DNA of 64,000 nucleotides from a virus. The DNA is taken from the IMG/VR virus record IMGVR_UViG_3300013132_005385, positions 55,742 through 119,741 of that record, one strand, 5' to 3'. Each line of letters opens with the position of its first letter. Positions within the stretch are counted from its first letter, which is position 1. Under the pieces are notes generated by a model that searched no databases, was not told the DNA's origin, and saw nothing but the letters and a program-made list of their open reading frames with translations. A program made the translations under genes and the position numbers. This document shows, piece by piece, positions 40,977-50,831 of this stretch.

Positions 40977-41777
40977 TTACTGTCCAGAAATCTGCTGTTC
41001 TGATCCTATTATTCCTATTCCCTGAAGTATTGTACTTTTATCTTCTGGTACAATCCCAAATTCCACTGTTGCTTTAATCCCACCCTGCATAAGATTTCCT
41101 CTAAACCTTTCAGTTTTGACATCTATTTGAGGCAAATATGTTTCACACGAAACAGTGAAATTTAGGGTTATCCCTTCTCCTCTGGTTGCCCCATATGTAA
41201 ATTGGAATGAATTCTGTCTATCCGGAGGAGCATCAGGGAGTCCAACCTGTACAGGGACTTTAAATCCCTCAAACTCAAAATAATATGTGAAATTCCTATA
41301 TAGAATCTGCATAGTTCTCTGCTGAACCTTAAATGCGTCAAGTGTTGTATCCACCTTAATCTTTATATTTAGAGTTACCTCCAGTGGAATAGGATTCATA
41401 TACGCAGAAAAAGCTTTCATTTCGCTTCCTTCCTCGCTTGGAATTTCTTTGGTATATGTGGCCCTTACGAATTTATTTGTTGAAGCAGATGTGTTAACTC
41501 TGGAACTTTGGAATTCAATGATTCCCCTTGGTACCACATCATAGTTTCCCTCTGCAAATGCAGGGTTTCCGTCGCAGTCTGCATAACTCAAATAAAAATC
41601 CTGTAGAAACGGTTCGTCGCCTGCCATGGAATAAAAGAAAGGAATAAAAACTTCTCTTTTAACCTGGTCTGATCCGGTTTGATAATAGGTTATTTTATCA
41701 TTCATATTTTTAAGTAGACCTATGATCAATCCCCTAAAAAATACGTCATCTGTGTTGAATTTTTCTAAGAAGTTCAT
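40977..41777 (-). CDS. tail terminator/sheath stabiliser (gp15-like)
   Basis: IPFFY, VPR, PIP....N; position in neck cluster. Confidence 0.55.
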   Translation of the reverse strand: MNFLEKFNTDDVFFRGLIIGLLKNMNDKITYYQTGSDQVKREVFIPFFYSMAGDEPFLQDFYLSYADCDGNPAFAEGNYDVVPRGIIEFQSSRVNTSASTNKFVRATYTKEIPSEEGSEMKAFSAYMNPIPLEVTLNIKIKVDTTLDAFKVQQRTMQILYRNFTYYFEFEGFKVPVQVGLPDAPPDRQNSFQFTYGATRGEGITLNFTVSCETYLPQIDVKTERFRGNLMQGGIKATVEFGIVPEDKSTILQGIGIIGSEQQISGQ

Positions 41778-41778
41778 T

Positions 41779-42180
41779 TTATTCCGCTAAATTTAATGGT
41801 GCTTTGCCTCCGACCGATGGTATTTTGTTCTTAATTTCAACCTTTCCTATATTATTCTGTTCATAAATTAATAAGTCCTTATAAGGGAAAGAAATAGGGA
41901 CCTCATCCTGATTGGTATACTTAGGATGATTGAATTTACCTGTTGAATATTCGGTCTCGTTTAGAGCCAGTATTGTTTCTATATTTTCTCCACTAAAATG
42001 CGATCTGATTTCAGATTCCCCTCTTCTAGCAGAAATAGGAACTTTATATTTATATATAAAATATTCTTTGAGCGGGAGGTTGCTCAGTAGACGGGTAGCT
42101 GGTTTAACAACTAAAAAATAATAGAATCTCGGTTCTAAATTTCTTACTGTTCTTGTTCCTGCTGGGAAAATTTTTGCCAT
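41779..42180 (-). CDS. hypothetical protein
   Basis: ORF after late motif. Confidence 0.55.
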   Translation of the reverse strand: MAKIFPAGTRTVRNLEPRFYYFLVVKPATRLLSNLPLKEYFIYKYKVPISARRGESEIRSHFSGENIETILALNETEYSTGKFNHPKYTNQDEVPISFPYKDLLIYEQNNIGKVEIKNKIPSVGGKAPLNLAE

Positions 42181-42223
42181 CCGGGTTCCTTTTATTCTAT
42201 ATATTCCCGGAAATCATTAGTGA

Positions 42224-43891
42224 CTATTCTGTCCTTTCCATTCGAATATCGGAGAAGTTATTCTTCTTCTGTATATCAACCCTCCAATCAAATATTTCTG
42301 TTGGCATAGGAGCGTGATTAATAACGAAGATATTAAGCCCCATTTCATCGCAGATTTTTCTTAGAGTGTTCAAAATTGTGTGGACCCCATCTGGATCGAC
42401 CGAACTGAATATCTCGTCTAGAAATAGGAGGTTAACACTGGAAAATCTGATTTTCATCAATTTTATTATGGCTATCAAGACTGCAAAGTCAACTTTCTTC
42501 ATTTCCCCGGTTGACAATGTTTGCGTGGAAATTTCTTCCCCCATATGATAGATCGAGGCATTAAATTCCTCATTAAATACAACCTTATAAGGAAGATGCA
42601 GTTCTAGAAGGAGCTCAAGAATTTGCTTATTTAGAGATGGCAAGATAGTTTTGATCGCTAGCTGTTTAACCCCCTTTTCTCCCAATACTTCGTCTAAAGT
42701 TTTAATCCATGCCTGTCTTTCCTCATCTCTTGATTTTGTTCTATTGAATTCTTCCAGATCCGTTTGAAGATTAGCCAGAATTTTATTTAGTGATGATATT
42801 TGTTCGTCTCCTCTTCCTGACTTTATTTTTTTAAGCTCGTCTCTTAGCCCTCTGATATTCATTTCTATTTTTGTCCCTTTGGAAATGAATTCTGCCCTGG
42901 ATGATATTATTTGAGATTCATGAGCTTTTGCCTCAGAGTATTGATTTTCATACTTGTTAAGATCTCCAGTTAGGATATCCTTCTGAGATTCTAGATCTTT
43001 TACCAGCGATGTATAAAATTCGGTCTTAAAATCCCCAGAGCAAGTTGGGCACTTTTCCCTGCTATAGAGTGATAACTTGGAGTTTACCTCGTTTATTTTG
43101 CTCTTACATGAATTTAAAACCTCCAATGATTTTTTAACCTCTGCCATTGCAAGAGATTCATTATTTTTAAACTCCCTAAGTTTTTCCCCGTGCAATTCCA
43201 ATAGGGAATTGAATTTCTCAAGTGATTCCTCTATTTCTTTTATTTTCTCCTCTGAATTTTGAATCAGCTTGCTGGTGAGATCTTCTATTTCCCTTTGGGA
43301 ATTTGTTATAGATTTGGATGTTGCTGAGATCTCTCCCATAACTCTTTCCAAACCCAACTTAATATTTTTAGATTCCTCTTTTAGAAGATCCCTCATTTCG
43401 TTTAAGATGTAAAATCCAAAGATCTTGTCTATGATCATTTTCTTGTCATTAGAGCTCATTTTAAGAAAGCTCTTGAAATCATTAATGGAAAGGGAAATAG
43501 TGTTGTTAAACACGTAATACGGAATATTTAGGATGTCTTCCGCGAGATACTCCTGAACGTTTTTTACCCCGGCCTGATCATATGGGGATCCATTTATGTA
43601 TAGATTAAATAAATTTGGATCCAGCCCTCTTTCTACGGTGTAGATATTACCAAGCTGTTCGAATGTTACTCTCATCCATGCTTCCCCGTTTATTCTATTT
43701 GGAATATCCTTTAGTTTCTTTCCCTCGAGTTTTCCGTATAGACCAAATGTGATAACATCTGATATGGTTGATTTGCCAACACCATTCTCGCCAACCACCT
43801 GAATAAGACCAGCTTTCTCTGGAAATTCTATAACTTGTACCTTATTTCCATATGAAGCAACGTTTTTCCATTCAATCTTCTGTATCTTCAT
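42224..43891 (-). CDS. recombination nuclease ATPase subunit (gp46/SbcC/Rad50)
   Basis: GENGVGKS, CPTC zinc hook, LSTGE, LFLDE. Confidence 0.95.
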   Translation of the reverse strand: MKIQKIEWKNVASYGNKVQVIEFPEKAGLIQVVGENGVGKSTISDVITFGLYGKLEGKKLKDIPNRINGEAWMRVTFEQLGNIYTVERGLDPNLFNLYINGSPYDQAGVKNVQEYLAEDILNIPYYVFNNTISLSINDFKSFLKMSSNDKKMIIDKIFGFYILNEMRDLLKEESKNIKLGLERVMGEISATSKSITNSQREIEDLTSKLIQNSEEKIKEIEESLEKFNSLLELHGEKLREFKNNESLAMAEVKKSLEVLNSCKSKINEVNSKLSLYSREKCPTCSGDFKTEFYTSLVKDLESQKDILTGDLNKYENQYSEAKAHESQIISSRAEFISKGTKIEMNIRGLRDELKKIKSGRGDEQISSLNKILANLQTDLEEFNRTKSRDEERQAWIKTLDEVLGEKGVKQLAIKTILPSLNKQILELLLELHLPYKVVFNEEFNASIYHMGEEISTQTLSTGEMKKVDFAVLIAIIKLMKIRFSSVNLLFLDEIFSSVDPDGVHTILNTLRKICDEMGLNIFVINHAPMPTEIFDWRVDIQKKNNFSDIRMERTE

Positions 43892-44999
43892 CTTTTTGTT
43901 CCTCTTTAGTTTGATCCATTGATATTTTATTATACAGGATCTTTATAGTTTTAAAAATCTTATCTTTCTTATCATCATCGAAATTGGTCGATTTTAGATA
44001 TTCATTTACCAGCTCTAATATAGAGAAATTTTTACCCTCCAGATCAAATATGAGGTCTTCTGAATCCATACCTTCCTCAATATTCGAAATGGGAGTAAAA
44101 GTTATCTTTAGGGGAGAGAATACCATGTCTCCCAATATTCCAAGAGGACATTTTACCGCTATCTGAGGGTCTATTAAAATATCAACCAGATTATTCTCAA
44201 ATAGAGAATTTAATTCTGGTGGTGTAGAATTCAAAACTCTTTCGAATGGAATTCTTATAAATTTAGGAGATATAGAATTCTCAAAAAATTTCTCCTCTCC
44301 CGAAACGAAATCAAGAATTGTTATCCCCTTAATATTTTCCGAGTCTGATCTTGTCAGCTGGTATGGCGATCCTAACATCCTGATCTTTCCGTATTGCTGC
44401 GAGTAATGAACGTGACCGGAGTAAACCCTTTCAAATTTATCAAGATCTTGATAGGATATTCCCTCGTCTATTTTAGTGAACCTGTTGAACATTAGTCCTC
44501 TTATATCAGTGTGACAGAAAAGATAATCATGTGAATCTATATTTTTAAGACATGATGACTCCTCTTCATGATCCTTTCTCCAAGGCATCATAAAAACGCT
44601 CTTCTCTCCAAATTTTATAGAGACTGGTTCCTCGTAGATGTTAATTTTTGGTATCCATTTTAATGCTTTCAGAGAATTGATTTCATTGGAGTTTTTCCCG
44701 TATATGTCGTGGTTTCCACAAATTATATAGATGCCATCATGAAATATACTAGAAAGCTCCTCAAATATCTCTATCCCAAGATTGAGAACCTTTAAATTAA
44801 GAGACTGTCTGCTATCAAACACATCCCCTAGATGGACGAGACAATCTCCCTTTTTATAATTTTTCCTACATAGGGGAATGAACCACTCAAAAAAGAATTT
44901 TCTATGAATTTCTATCCATTCATTAGAATTATTTCTAACCCCTAAATGTGTGTCTGTAATTATGAAAGCCCTTTTTATTTGTGATAGCTCTAATTCCAT
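43872..44999 (-). CDS. recombination nuclease subunit (gp47/SbcD/Mre11)
   Basis: DTHLG, GDVFD, GNHD, SGH.H. Confidence 0.93.
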   Translation of the reverse strand: MELELSQIKRAFIITDTHLGVRNNSNEWIEIHRKFFFEWFIPLCRKNYKKGDCLVHLGDVFDSRQSLNLKVLNLGIEIFEELSSIFHDGIYIICGNHDIYGKNSNEINSLKALKWIPKINIYEEPVSIKFGEKSVFMMPWRKDHEEESSCLKNIDSHDYLFCHTDIRGLMFNRFTKIDEGISYQDLDKFERVYSGHVHYSQQYGKIRMLGSPYQLTRSDSENIKGITILDFVSGEEKFFENSISPKFIRIPFERVLNSTPPELNSLFENNLVDILIDPQIAVKCPLGILGDMVFSPLKITFTPISNIEEGMDSEDLIFDLEGKNFSILELVNEYLKSTNFDDDKKDKIFKTIKILYNKISMDQTKEEQKDEDTED

Positions 45000-45485
45000 T
45001 TAGAATATCTTTTTGATTTTCTTCTTACTTAAAACACTATATTTTTCCTCCATTTCGAGAACGATCTTTTCCTTATATTTCATATGAATGCACTCGTATG
45101 CTTTGGTATAGGTGATAGACATAAAATCACAGATGTGAACAAATTTTTCGACATAGGTGAATTGTGTGCCATCTAGAGCATCAAAAAGATCCTGAAATAT
45201 CATAGGAATAAGATCCTTGGGAACTTTCTTGTTTGGATTCAGTGCTATCCATCTTGATTTATTGAACACCACATCTAACTTTTCGTTTAGCTCTTTATAA
45301 TAGAGATATTTTTCATCGTTTCCATCCTGAGCCCCGTATATTCCCTTAAAATCTGCGGCGTTTCCCGAATTTCCCCATTCTATAATGGACGATTCCATGG
45401 GCTCTTCTGTTTGATCGACGGAATCATCGTTTAGATCCTCGTCTTTAAATTCATCTTCGTCTAGTAGTCTTTTCTGTTTCATCAT
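45000..45485 (-). CDS. hypothetical protein
   Basis: ORF coupled to helicase stop; likely start MMKQ. Confidence 0.6.
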   Translation of the reverse strand: MMKQKRLLDEDEFKDEDLNDDSVDQTEEPMESSIIEWGNSGNAADFKGIYGAQDGNDEKYLYYKELNEKLDVVFNKSRWIALNPNKKVPKDLIPMIFQDLFDALDGTQFTYVEKFVHICDFMSITYTKAYECIHMKYKEKIVLEMEEKYSVLSKKKIKKIF

Positions 45486-46786
45486 TGTTCTGTCATTATT
45501 TCGGAGTTGGGATCCTCCCATACTCTCATATAGCTATAGTCAACCAGAAATTTTTTATAGGCATTTTTATATCCTTCATCCCTGTTTGCCAAAACCTTCA
45601 GCTTATATTCATTATTGGAATACATTAGAGGATCCTGAATAATCCCGAACATTCCGTCCACCGTTGCTACTAATCCAGATGACTCGGATGCTGAATTCAT
45701 AGAGAGATCTGTTGCATCGAATTCAGATTGCTTTGTTTGAGTCGCAGTAACCAATGCCCACCCATTTCTTTGAGCCATTGCTCTAAGATCCTCTGCAATT
45801 TGCTTGATCTTCATGTAGGTGTTTTCACTGTTTGGATTTCTCCAATTTTTCAGAATGTTTATGTAGTCTATAATTACTATTTTAAATTTAACCCCTTTGA
45901 TTTGTTCAGTTTTTAATAACCAACTTTCAACGTCTATAACGGAGGCATTTGATGTCCCAAACTCCTTAATAAACAATTTACCGGGTAAAGCCAGGTTATC
46001 AAAAGCCAGATTTTTAATTTTCTTCTTGATTAGCTCCTGATCCTCCGCTGCTCTCTTATATTCACTCATTTTTATACCTAGTAGATTAGCTCCTAATCTC
46101 TTCATGTATTTTCTGTCATTAAGCTCAAGAGTTATAACTGCAACATTGTTAGAAGCTCTGATTGCTTGACATGCTATATTACCCATCCATAATGTTTTAC
46201 CAACCTTGGGTTGGCCTAGAAAAACATAAAGACACTTAGCTGAAAATCCTCCGCCTAGACAGTAGTCTATAAAGTCATATCCACTAGAAAAAGTCTGGGT
46301 GGTTATTTGCTCATGTGAATCTGGATCAGAAAAATCGAGACCTGTATCAAATGCAAAATCCAGGTTGTTTCTCTCAACCACTATTGATTTGTAGGTGTTT
46401 ATAACATCTTTGATGTTATCAGGAGTTACCTCGGTGCTTTTTATATAGTTAACGGAATCTATTGCACTTTTCTCTAGCGTTTTCCATTCTATCCACGCTT
46501 CTGTGTTCTGTGTTAGCCATTCCTGATCATAATCATCTAAATCTACCGCCCACATCGATTCTAATAGATCGTCGGGAAGTTTTCCCTCTAAATTCAGAAG
46601 TCTAGCCGATTCCCTAACCTGGTTTTTGGATGGAACTTGTGAGTATTTTTTCCAAAAGGATTTTACTATTTTAAAAGCCTCCTGATATCCATCGTTTTTA
46701 AAATAACCAGGGCTGCAAGATTCAATGTATGATGAATTTGATAATACTGATTTGAACCAAATGTTTTCTAAATGACTATTTTGCAT
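45482..46786 (-). CDS. replicative helicase (gp41/DnaB-like)
   Basis: GQPKVGKT, ITLE, IDY, TATQ, SES. Confidence 0.92.
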   Translation of the reverse strand: MQNSHLENIWFKSVLSNSSYIESCSPGYFKNDGYQEAFKIVKSFWKKYSQVPSKNQVRESARLLNLEGKLPDDLLESMWAVDLDDYDQEWLTQNTEAWIEWKTLEKSAIDSVNYIKSTEVTPDNIKDVINTYKSIVVERNNLDFAFDTGLDFSDPDSHEQITTQTFSSGYDFIDYCLGGGFSAKCLYVFLGQPKVGKTLWMGNIACQAIRASNNVAVITLELNDRKYMKRLGANLLGIKMSEYKRAAEDQELIKKKIKNLAFDNLALPGKLFIKEFGTSNASVIDVESWLLKTEQIKGVKFKIVIIDYINILKNWRNPNSENTYMKIKQIAEDLRAMAQRNGWALVTATQTKQSEFDATDLSMNSASESSGLVATVDGMFGIIQDPLMYSNNEYKLKVLANRDEGYKNAYKKFLVDYSYMRVWEDPNSEIMTEQ

Positions 46787-46788
46787 GC

Positions 46789-47082
46789 TTAAAAGTGTGG
46801 ATTGTTTCTGATTTTATACCAAATTTTCCCTGCTGAATTTCTTTCTGTTTTTTCAAATTCTCCCGAATCTATCATTTCTTTAACCATTCTTCCGTGGTTT
46901 GTTGAGTTCCATCCTGAAGGAAGAAAAGAATTAAATGTTTGCTCAGTAAAATCTCCATCGGGTCTTCCATCTTTGAGAAGATAAAGATTTAATTCATAGA
47001 TGATGTCCTCACGGGTTGGATACTCAGGAAGTTCTTTCCAAACCCCCATATGGTACTTCATCTTAATTTTATTCTTGTCCAT
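46789..47082 (-). CDS. hypothetical protein
   Basis: ORF between uvsX and helicase. Confidence 0.6.
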   Translation of the reverse strand: MDKNKIKMKYHMGVWKELPEYPTREDIIYELNLYLLKDGRPDGDFTEQTFNSFLPSGWNSTNHGRMVKEMIDSGEFEKTERNSAGKIWYKIRNNPHF

Positions 47083-48259
47083 TGTCCGATTCCGAGTTTA
47101 CGTCTTGTGGTGATTCGATTGATTCTGATGTTTCGCCATCAACAAACTCATCCAATTCTTTTTCATCAAAAAGATCAGGGAGCTTGAAGTGTGTCTGTAT
47201 AACATTCTCGTCGAGCTTTCTTAATACTTCCTCCGTAAATACCTCCGGAGTGAATAATTGTGTGGATGGAACGGTTTTTCCCAAGTGAGCTACTGCCCAT
47301 CTAGGCGACGATTCAACAGATGAGAATATCATTTCTCCAGTTTTCTTATCTACCTCCAATTTTCCCCTTTGTATTCCGCAGTTTTCCCATGATACAAAAT
47401 CCTGTAATCCCACATATGGATTCATACCGTTCATAAATGAGATATGGAATTTTACTGAATATGGTCTGGTGAATCTTGCTTTCTTAGGGGTTGATGTCAC
47501 TATGATTCCAGTTTTAGTGTCTCCCTCTTTAAGCTGAGCTTTGGAAAGCATAATAACATTACTCATGGAGAAAATTGGACCGTCTCCACCTGCAGCCTCT
47601 TTGGTTGGCATAAATCCTCCAATATTTCCTGTTGTTGTGTGATTCGTACATACTAGGGGGATTTTAACCCCCGTTAAGTCCAACGTAATAACTCTGAATA
47701 AAGATCTCATTTCTTTAGATCTGATACCCATATCCATTGCGCTTTTACCTTTTAAAGCATCGCCAGATTCTTTGTCCGTTGTTAACATTCCCAACGAGTC
47801 AAGAACTATCATTATTTTAGGATCAAATCCGTCTTTTCTATAGCCTTTGATTTTGTCCACTAGATTAGCGACGAAAACTTTAAAATCCGTGATCGTTTTA
47901 ATAGGTTGATATCTCACCCTATTTGCATCTATCCCAAACTTTTTTGCGGTTGATCTGTCTATAGCTCCCTCGGTGTCGCAGTAGATGACATCATATCCAG
48001 CTTTCTGAGCCTCTCTGGTAATATTCAAGCATAGAAAGCTTTTTCCAGTTTGGGGATCTCCAGCTATTCCCATTGATCTATTGTTGGCTATTCCACCAAA
48101 AAGACTTCCGGAGAGCTGGGCATTTAATAGGTAATTTCCAGTCGAGATCCACTCGCTGACTTCTGAAAATTCGTTGGTTTCCAAAACGGATCCCATTTCG
48201 AATCCTTCTATTTTGGAGAGTTGTTTGTCAAGTTCTAAGAATGAAAAAGTTTTTCCCAT
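47069..48259 (-). CDS. uvsX: RecA-like recombinase
   Basis: GDPQTGKS, DTE, DSLG, TNH, GG.G. Confidence 0.92.
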   Translation of the reverse strand: MGKTFSFLELDKQLSKIEGFEMGSVLETNEFSEVSEWISTGNYLLNAQLSGSLFGGIANNRSMGIAGDPQTGKSFLCLNITREAQKAGYDVIYCDTEGAIDRSTAKKFGIDANRVRYQPIKTITDFKVFVANLVDKIKGYRKDGFDPKIMIVLDSLGMLTTDKESGDALKGKSAMDMGIRSKEMRSLFRVITLDLTGVKIPLVCTNHTTTGNIGGFMPTKEAAGGDGPIFSMSNVIMLSKAQLKEGDTKTGIIVTSTPKKARFTRPYSVKFHISFMNGMNPYVGLQDFVSWENCGIQRGKLEVDKKTGEMIFSSVESSPRWAVAHLGKTVPSTQLFTPEVFTEEVLRKLDENVIQTHFKLPDLFDEKELDEFVDGETSESIESPQDVNSESDNGQE

Positions 48260-48270
48260 TTGATTATAAA

Positions 48271-48582
48271 TTATTTAGTAATTTTAGCTGTTGCTCTTGA
48301 AATGATTTCACTCTGCGGAAGACTTTCGTTTTCGAATCTCCCGTCCATTTCCCTAAGAATAAATAGGTCTTCTCCTAAATCTGAAGCTATCTCCTGAAGT
48401 GAGTTTCTATCAATTGTTAGATCCAAATCACCCCACCATATTTTTCCCTCTGAAAGGGTAAATATGTTGGCGTTAAAATAGACCTCATGATCTGGAAATT
48501 CTGATCGGTAAAATGATTTAGAGGAAGAAATCATTCTTCCCGCTGACATCCCGTGATTTCTGAAAATTAAATTAGCATTCAT
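48271..48582 (-). CDS. hypothetical protein
   Basis: GRMIS.SKS, FNANI, WWGDLD. Confidence 0.65.
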   Translation of the reverse strand: MNANLIFRNHGMSAGRMISSSKSFYRSEFPDHEVYFNANIFTLSEGKIWWGDLDLTIDRNSLQEIASDLGEDLFILREMDGRFENESLPQSEIISRATAKITK

Positions 48583-48632
48583 AATGATTGTTTTTTTATT
48601 GATTATATTTCTTATACGATTTTAATTTCCAC

Positions 48633-48662
48633 AAAAAAGGCCTTATGTTTTGGATAAGGCCT
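48633..48662 (-). terminator. intrinsic terminator
   Basis: AGGCCTTAT/ATAAGGCCT stem plus T tract. Confidence 0.75.
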
Positions 48663-48682
48663 AATTTTTCTAGTTTCGGCTT

Positions 48683-48841
48683 TTACTTCGCAGAGCAAAC
48701 CGAAATCGAATCTGAGGCTTGAACTGTGTCAACAGCAACCTGAACTGAGTCAGTAGCTGGAGTTTCAATTTCCCCTGTGCTTCCAGGATTGCATGAAGCA
48801 AGTAAAAACACGGGGATAGCCATTAATAACAACTTTTTCAT
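48683..48841 (-). CDS. 52-aa lipoprotein (not in ORF track)
   Basis: MKKLLLMAIPVFLLAS-C signal with lipobox; followed by terminator. Confidence 0.75.
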   Translation of the reverse strand: MKKLLLMAIPVFLLASCNPGSTGEIETPATDSVQVAVDTVQASDSISVCSAK

Positions 48842-48876
48842 TCGTTTAATTATTTATTTATTTATAGTGGTCAGAA

Positions 48877-49137
48877 TTAAGATTGTTTCTTAAGAGCTTG
48901 AGAAATAAATTCTTTACCTTCCACGGAATAAAATTCACCTGTGATTTTTTTGCTCATAAAAAAGTCTTTATCCGTAATTTGTCCTAGTAGAACAAAGGTA
49001 TCTTCTCCTATTAAAAATTCTCTATCAATATTCTCTTCAGAGAGATTATTTCGGGAAATCCATTTCTCGCAATTTCTTAGAAAATATTTCTTATACGAAT
49101 CCTGGATCTGCTCTGATATATTGATTAACCTTCTCAT
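48877..49137 (-). CDS. hypothetical protein
   Basis: ORF in operon. Confidence 0.55.
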   Translation of the reverse strand: MRRLINISEQIQDSYKKYFLRNCEKWISRNNLSEENIDREFLIGEDTFVLLGQITDKDFFMSKKITGEFYSVEGKEFISQALKKQS

Positions 49138-49139
49138 AT

Positions 49140-49400
49140 TTATTTCTGTCTTATTTCTTTAAGTATAATTGAAAGAACCCCGCATTTTTCATATTCTTCT
49201 GACTCCTCGAAGTGATTAATCATTTTTTCAAGTAAAATTCCATCCCTCCATTTATATAATCCCCCTCCTTCTCTGAAGCTATCAGATCCTTCCTTAGAAA
49301 TGTAGGTGTAAAGTCTTACGCATGAAGCTGCGTATGATTCCTGTTGATTCTTTATTTGTTCTCCTAATTCCATATTGATTATTTTTATTTTATACTTCAA
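49140..49400 (-). CDS. hypothetical protein with UVR-like C-terminus
   Basis: FEESEEYEKC; true start may be MELGE at 49373. Confidence 0.55.
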   Translation of the reverse strand: MKYKIKIINMELGEQIKNQQESYAASCVRLYTYISKEGSDSFREGGGLYKWRDGILLEKMINHFEESEEYEKCGVLSIILKEIRQK

Positions 49401-49430
49401 AGGTAAGTAAAAATCCGTAGGAAAAAAAAT

Positions 49431-49616
49431 TTATTCGGAGTTTTTTCTAATTTTTTCCTTGTGTGCTGCTTTGGATACAGCGTCTCTTCTTTTCACGGAT
49501 CTTTTTTTATATTCGGTTCTTTCCCTTAATTCTCTAAGAATCCTGGCTGACTCGAATTTTCTTTTCCATTGTTTTAAGGATTTTTCTATGGAATCCTCAA
49601 CTTTTACCACTAGCAT
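49431..49616 (-). CDS. rpsU: ribosomal protein bS21
   Basis: V.V..SIEKSLKQWKRKFE...ILRELRER..YKKRSVKRR. Confidence 0.9.
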   Translation of the reverse strand: MLVVKVEDSIEKSLKQWKRKFESARILRELRERTEYKKRSVKRRDAVSKAAHKEKIRKNSE

Positions 49617-50053
49617 ATGTTTAATATTAATTGTTTTATTTCGTCTATTTTTGAAGATTGTGATTCATGAAGAATCTTTCTAGCAACATCTAAATTCACT
49701 AATTTATAGTCTGATATTTCCGGATATTTCCCATCAGCTAGAGAAACACAATGAAATTTAAAAGCTGAAATGTCGTTTTCTATAAGGTAAAGAAATGGAT
49801 GCAGGATTTTTTTACGAGATTTATATTCAATCGGGTCCATTTCCACAATATGGGAAATTACTAAATCTCTCTTTTTTAGTCCTGTTTCCTCCCAAAGCTC
49901 CCTTATTGCCGATTCCTCTGGAGACTCCCATTCTTCGCCCATTCCCTTGGGAATAGACCATCCTCCATAATTACCTGAAGATTTGCATACTAACAGGGAG
50001 TTTGTAGACATGGAATAAATGAATATACCAAAAGTTTTCTTTTTAGCTTTCAT
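49610..50053 (-). CDS. Nudix hydrolase
   Basis: PKG..E.WESPEESAIRELWEETG; start reassigned to MKAKKK. Confidence 0.88.
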   Translation of the reverse strand: MKAKKKTFGIFIYSMSTNSLLVCKSSGNYGGWSIPKGMGEEWESPEESAIRELWEETGLKKRDLVISHIVEMDPIEYKSRKKILHPFLYLIENDISAFKFHCVSLADGKYPEISDYKLVNLDVARKILHESQSSKIDEIKQLILNIC

Positions 50054-50096
50054 AGAGGATATATATTTATCATACTGCAAATATAAAAAAAGAACC

Positions 50097-50792
50097 ATGA
50101 ACAATCTTGTTGAATATGAAATATTTTTAGAGAAGCTCAACAATCACTTTGGCGAAGATCACATAAGGGAGTCTCTCAGAATACTAACAGAGGAAACTGA
50201 TGAAGCAATTTTGGAGGCGTGGTACAACACAATATTGGATCTTGCGGCTCTTATTCCCGGAATTGGATCTTTTGCCGAGGGAATAAACCTTGTCTCATAT
50301 GCTAAACAGGGCGAATATCTTCTAGCTGCTTTATGCGCAATAGGACTAATACCTATTTTTGGACAATATGTTGGAGCCGGAGGATCCCTTCTAGTGAAGG
50401 CATTAAGAAGCGGAGGAAGTATAGGCTCGGGAATAATAAAACCACTAACCAGATTAGTCGCTAAATTTTTTCCAAATATAACTAAGTTTTTAAGAAGCTC
50501 TGCATTTATTAAAAAATTCCCCGCCATTACACCTTATATAGATGATATGCTTAAGTCACTTTCAAGTTTTGCATTGAAGGGAGGAGATGAGATTAATAAG
50601 ATAGCAGCATCTCCTGCACTAAGAAGGGGAATAAAAAGGGACGTTGCGAAAGCTAAATCATTTGTTAAGATCGGGGATTGGCTTACACCAGATAAACCGA
50701 AAGCTCCAGAAAATATAATTAAGACCTTTAACCAATATGAGGTTCAACAGTCAGCGAATCCGTATGCTGATTGGTCCCAATATGTTAGGTAA
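50097..50792 (+). CDS. protein with pre-toxin-TG-like hydrophobic segment
   Basis: LDLAALIPGIG..A..IN...Y...G.Y..A.L..IGLIP; start MNNLVEY after GATATATA. Confidence 0.6.
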   Translation: MNNLVEYEIFLEKLNNHFGEDHIRESLRILTEETDEAILEAWYNTILDLAALIPGIGSFAEGINLVSYAKQGEYLLAALCAIGLIPIFGQYVGAGGSLLVKALRSGGSIGSGIIKPLTRLVAKFFPNITKFLRSSAFIKKFPAITPYIDDMLKSLSSFALKGGDEINKIAASPALRRGIKRDVAKAKSFVKIGDWLTPDKPKAPENIIKTFNQYEVQQSANPYADWSQYVR

Positions 50793-50798
50793 AGAAAT

Positions 50799-50828
50799 AA
50801 AAAAGGCTTCGAATATTCGAAGCCTTTT
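50799..50828. terminator. bidirectional intrinsic terminator
   Basis: AAAAGGCTTCGAATATTCGAAGCCTTTT between convergent genes. Confidence 0.85.
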
Positions 50829-50831
50829 CTT

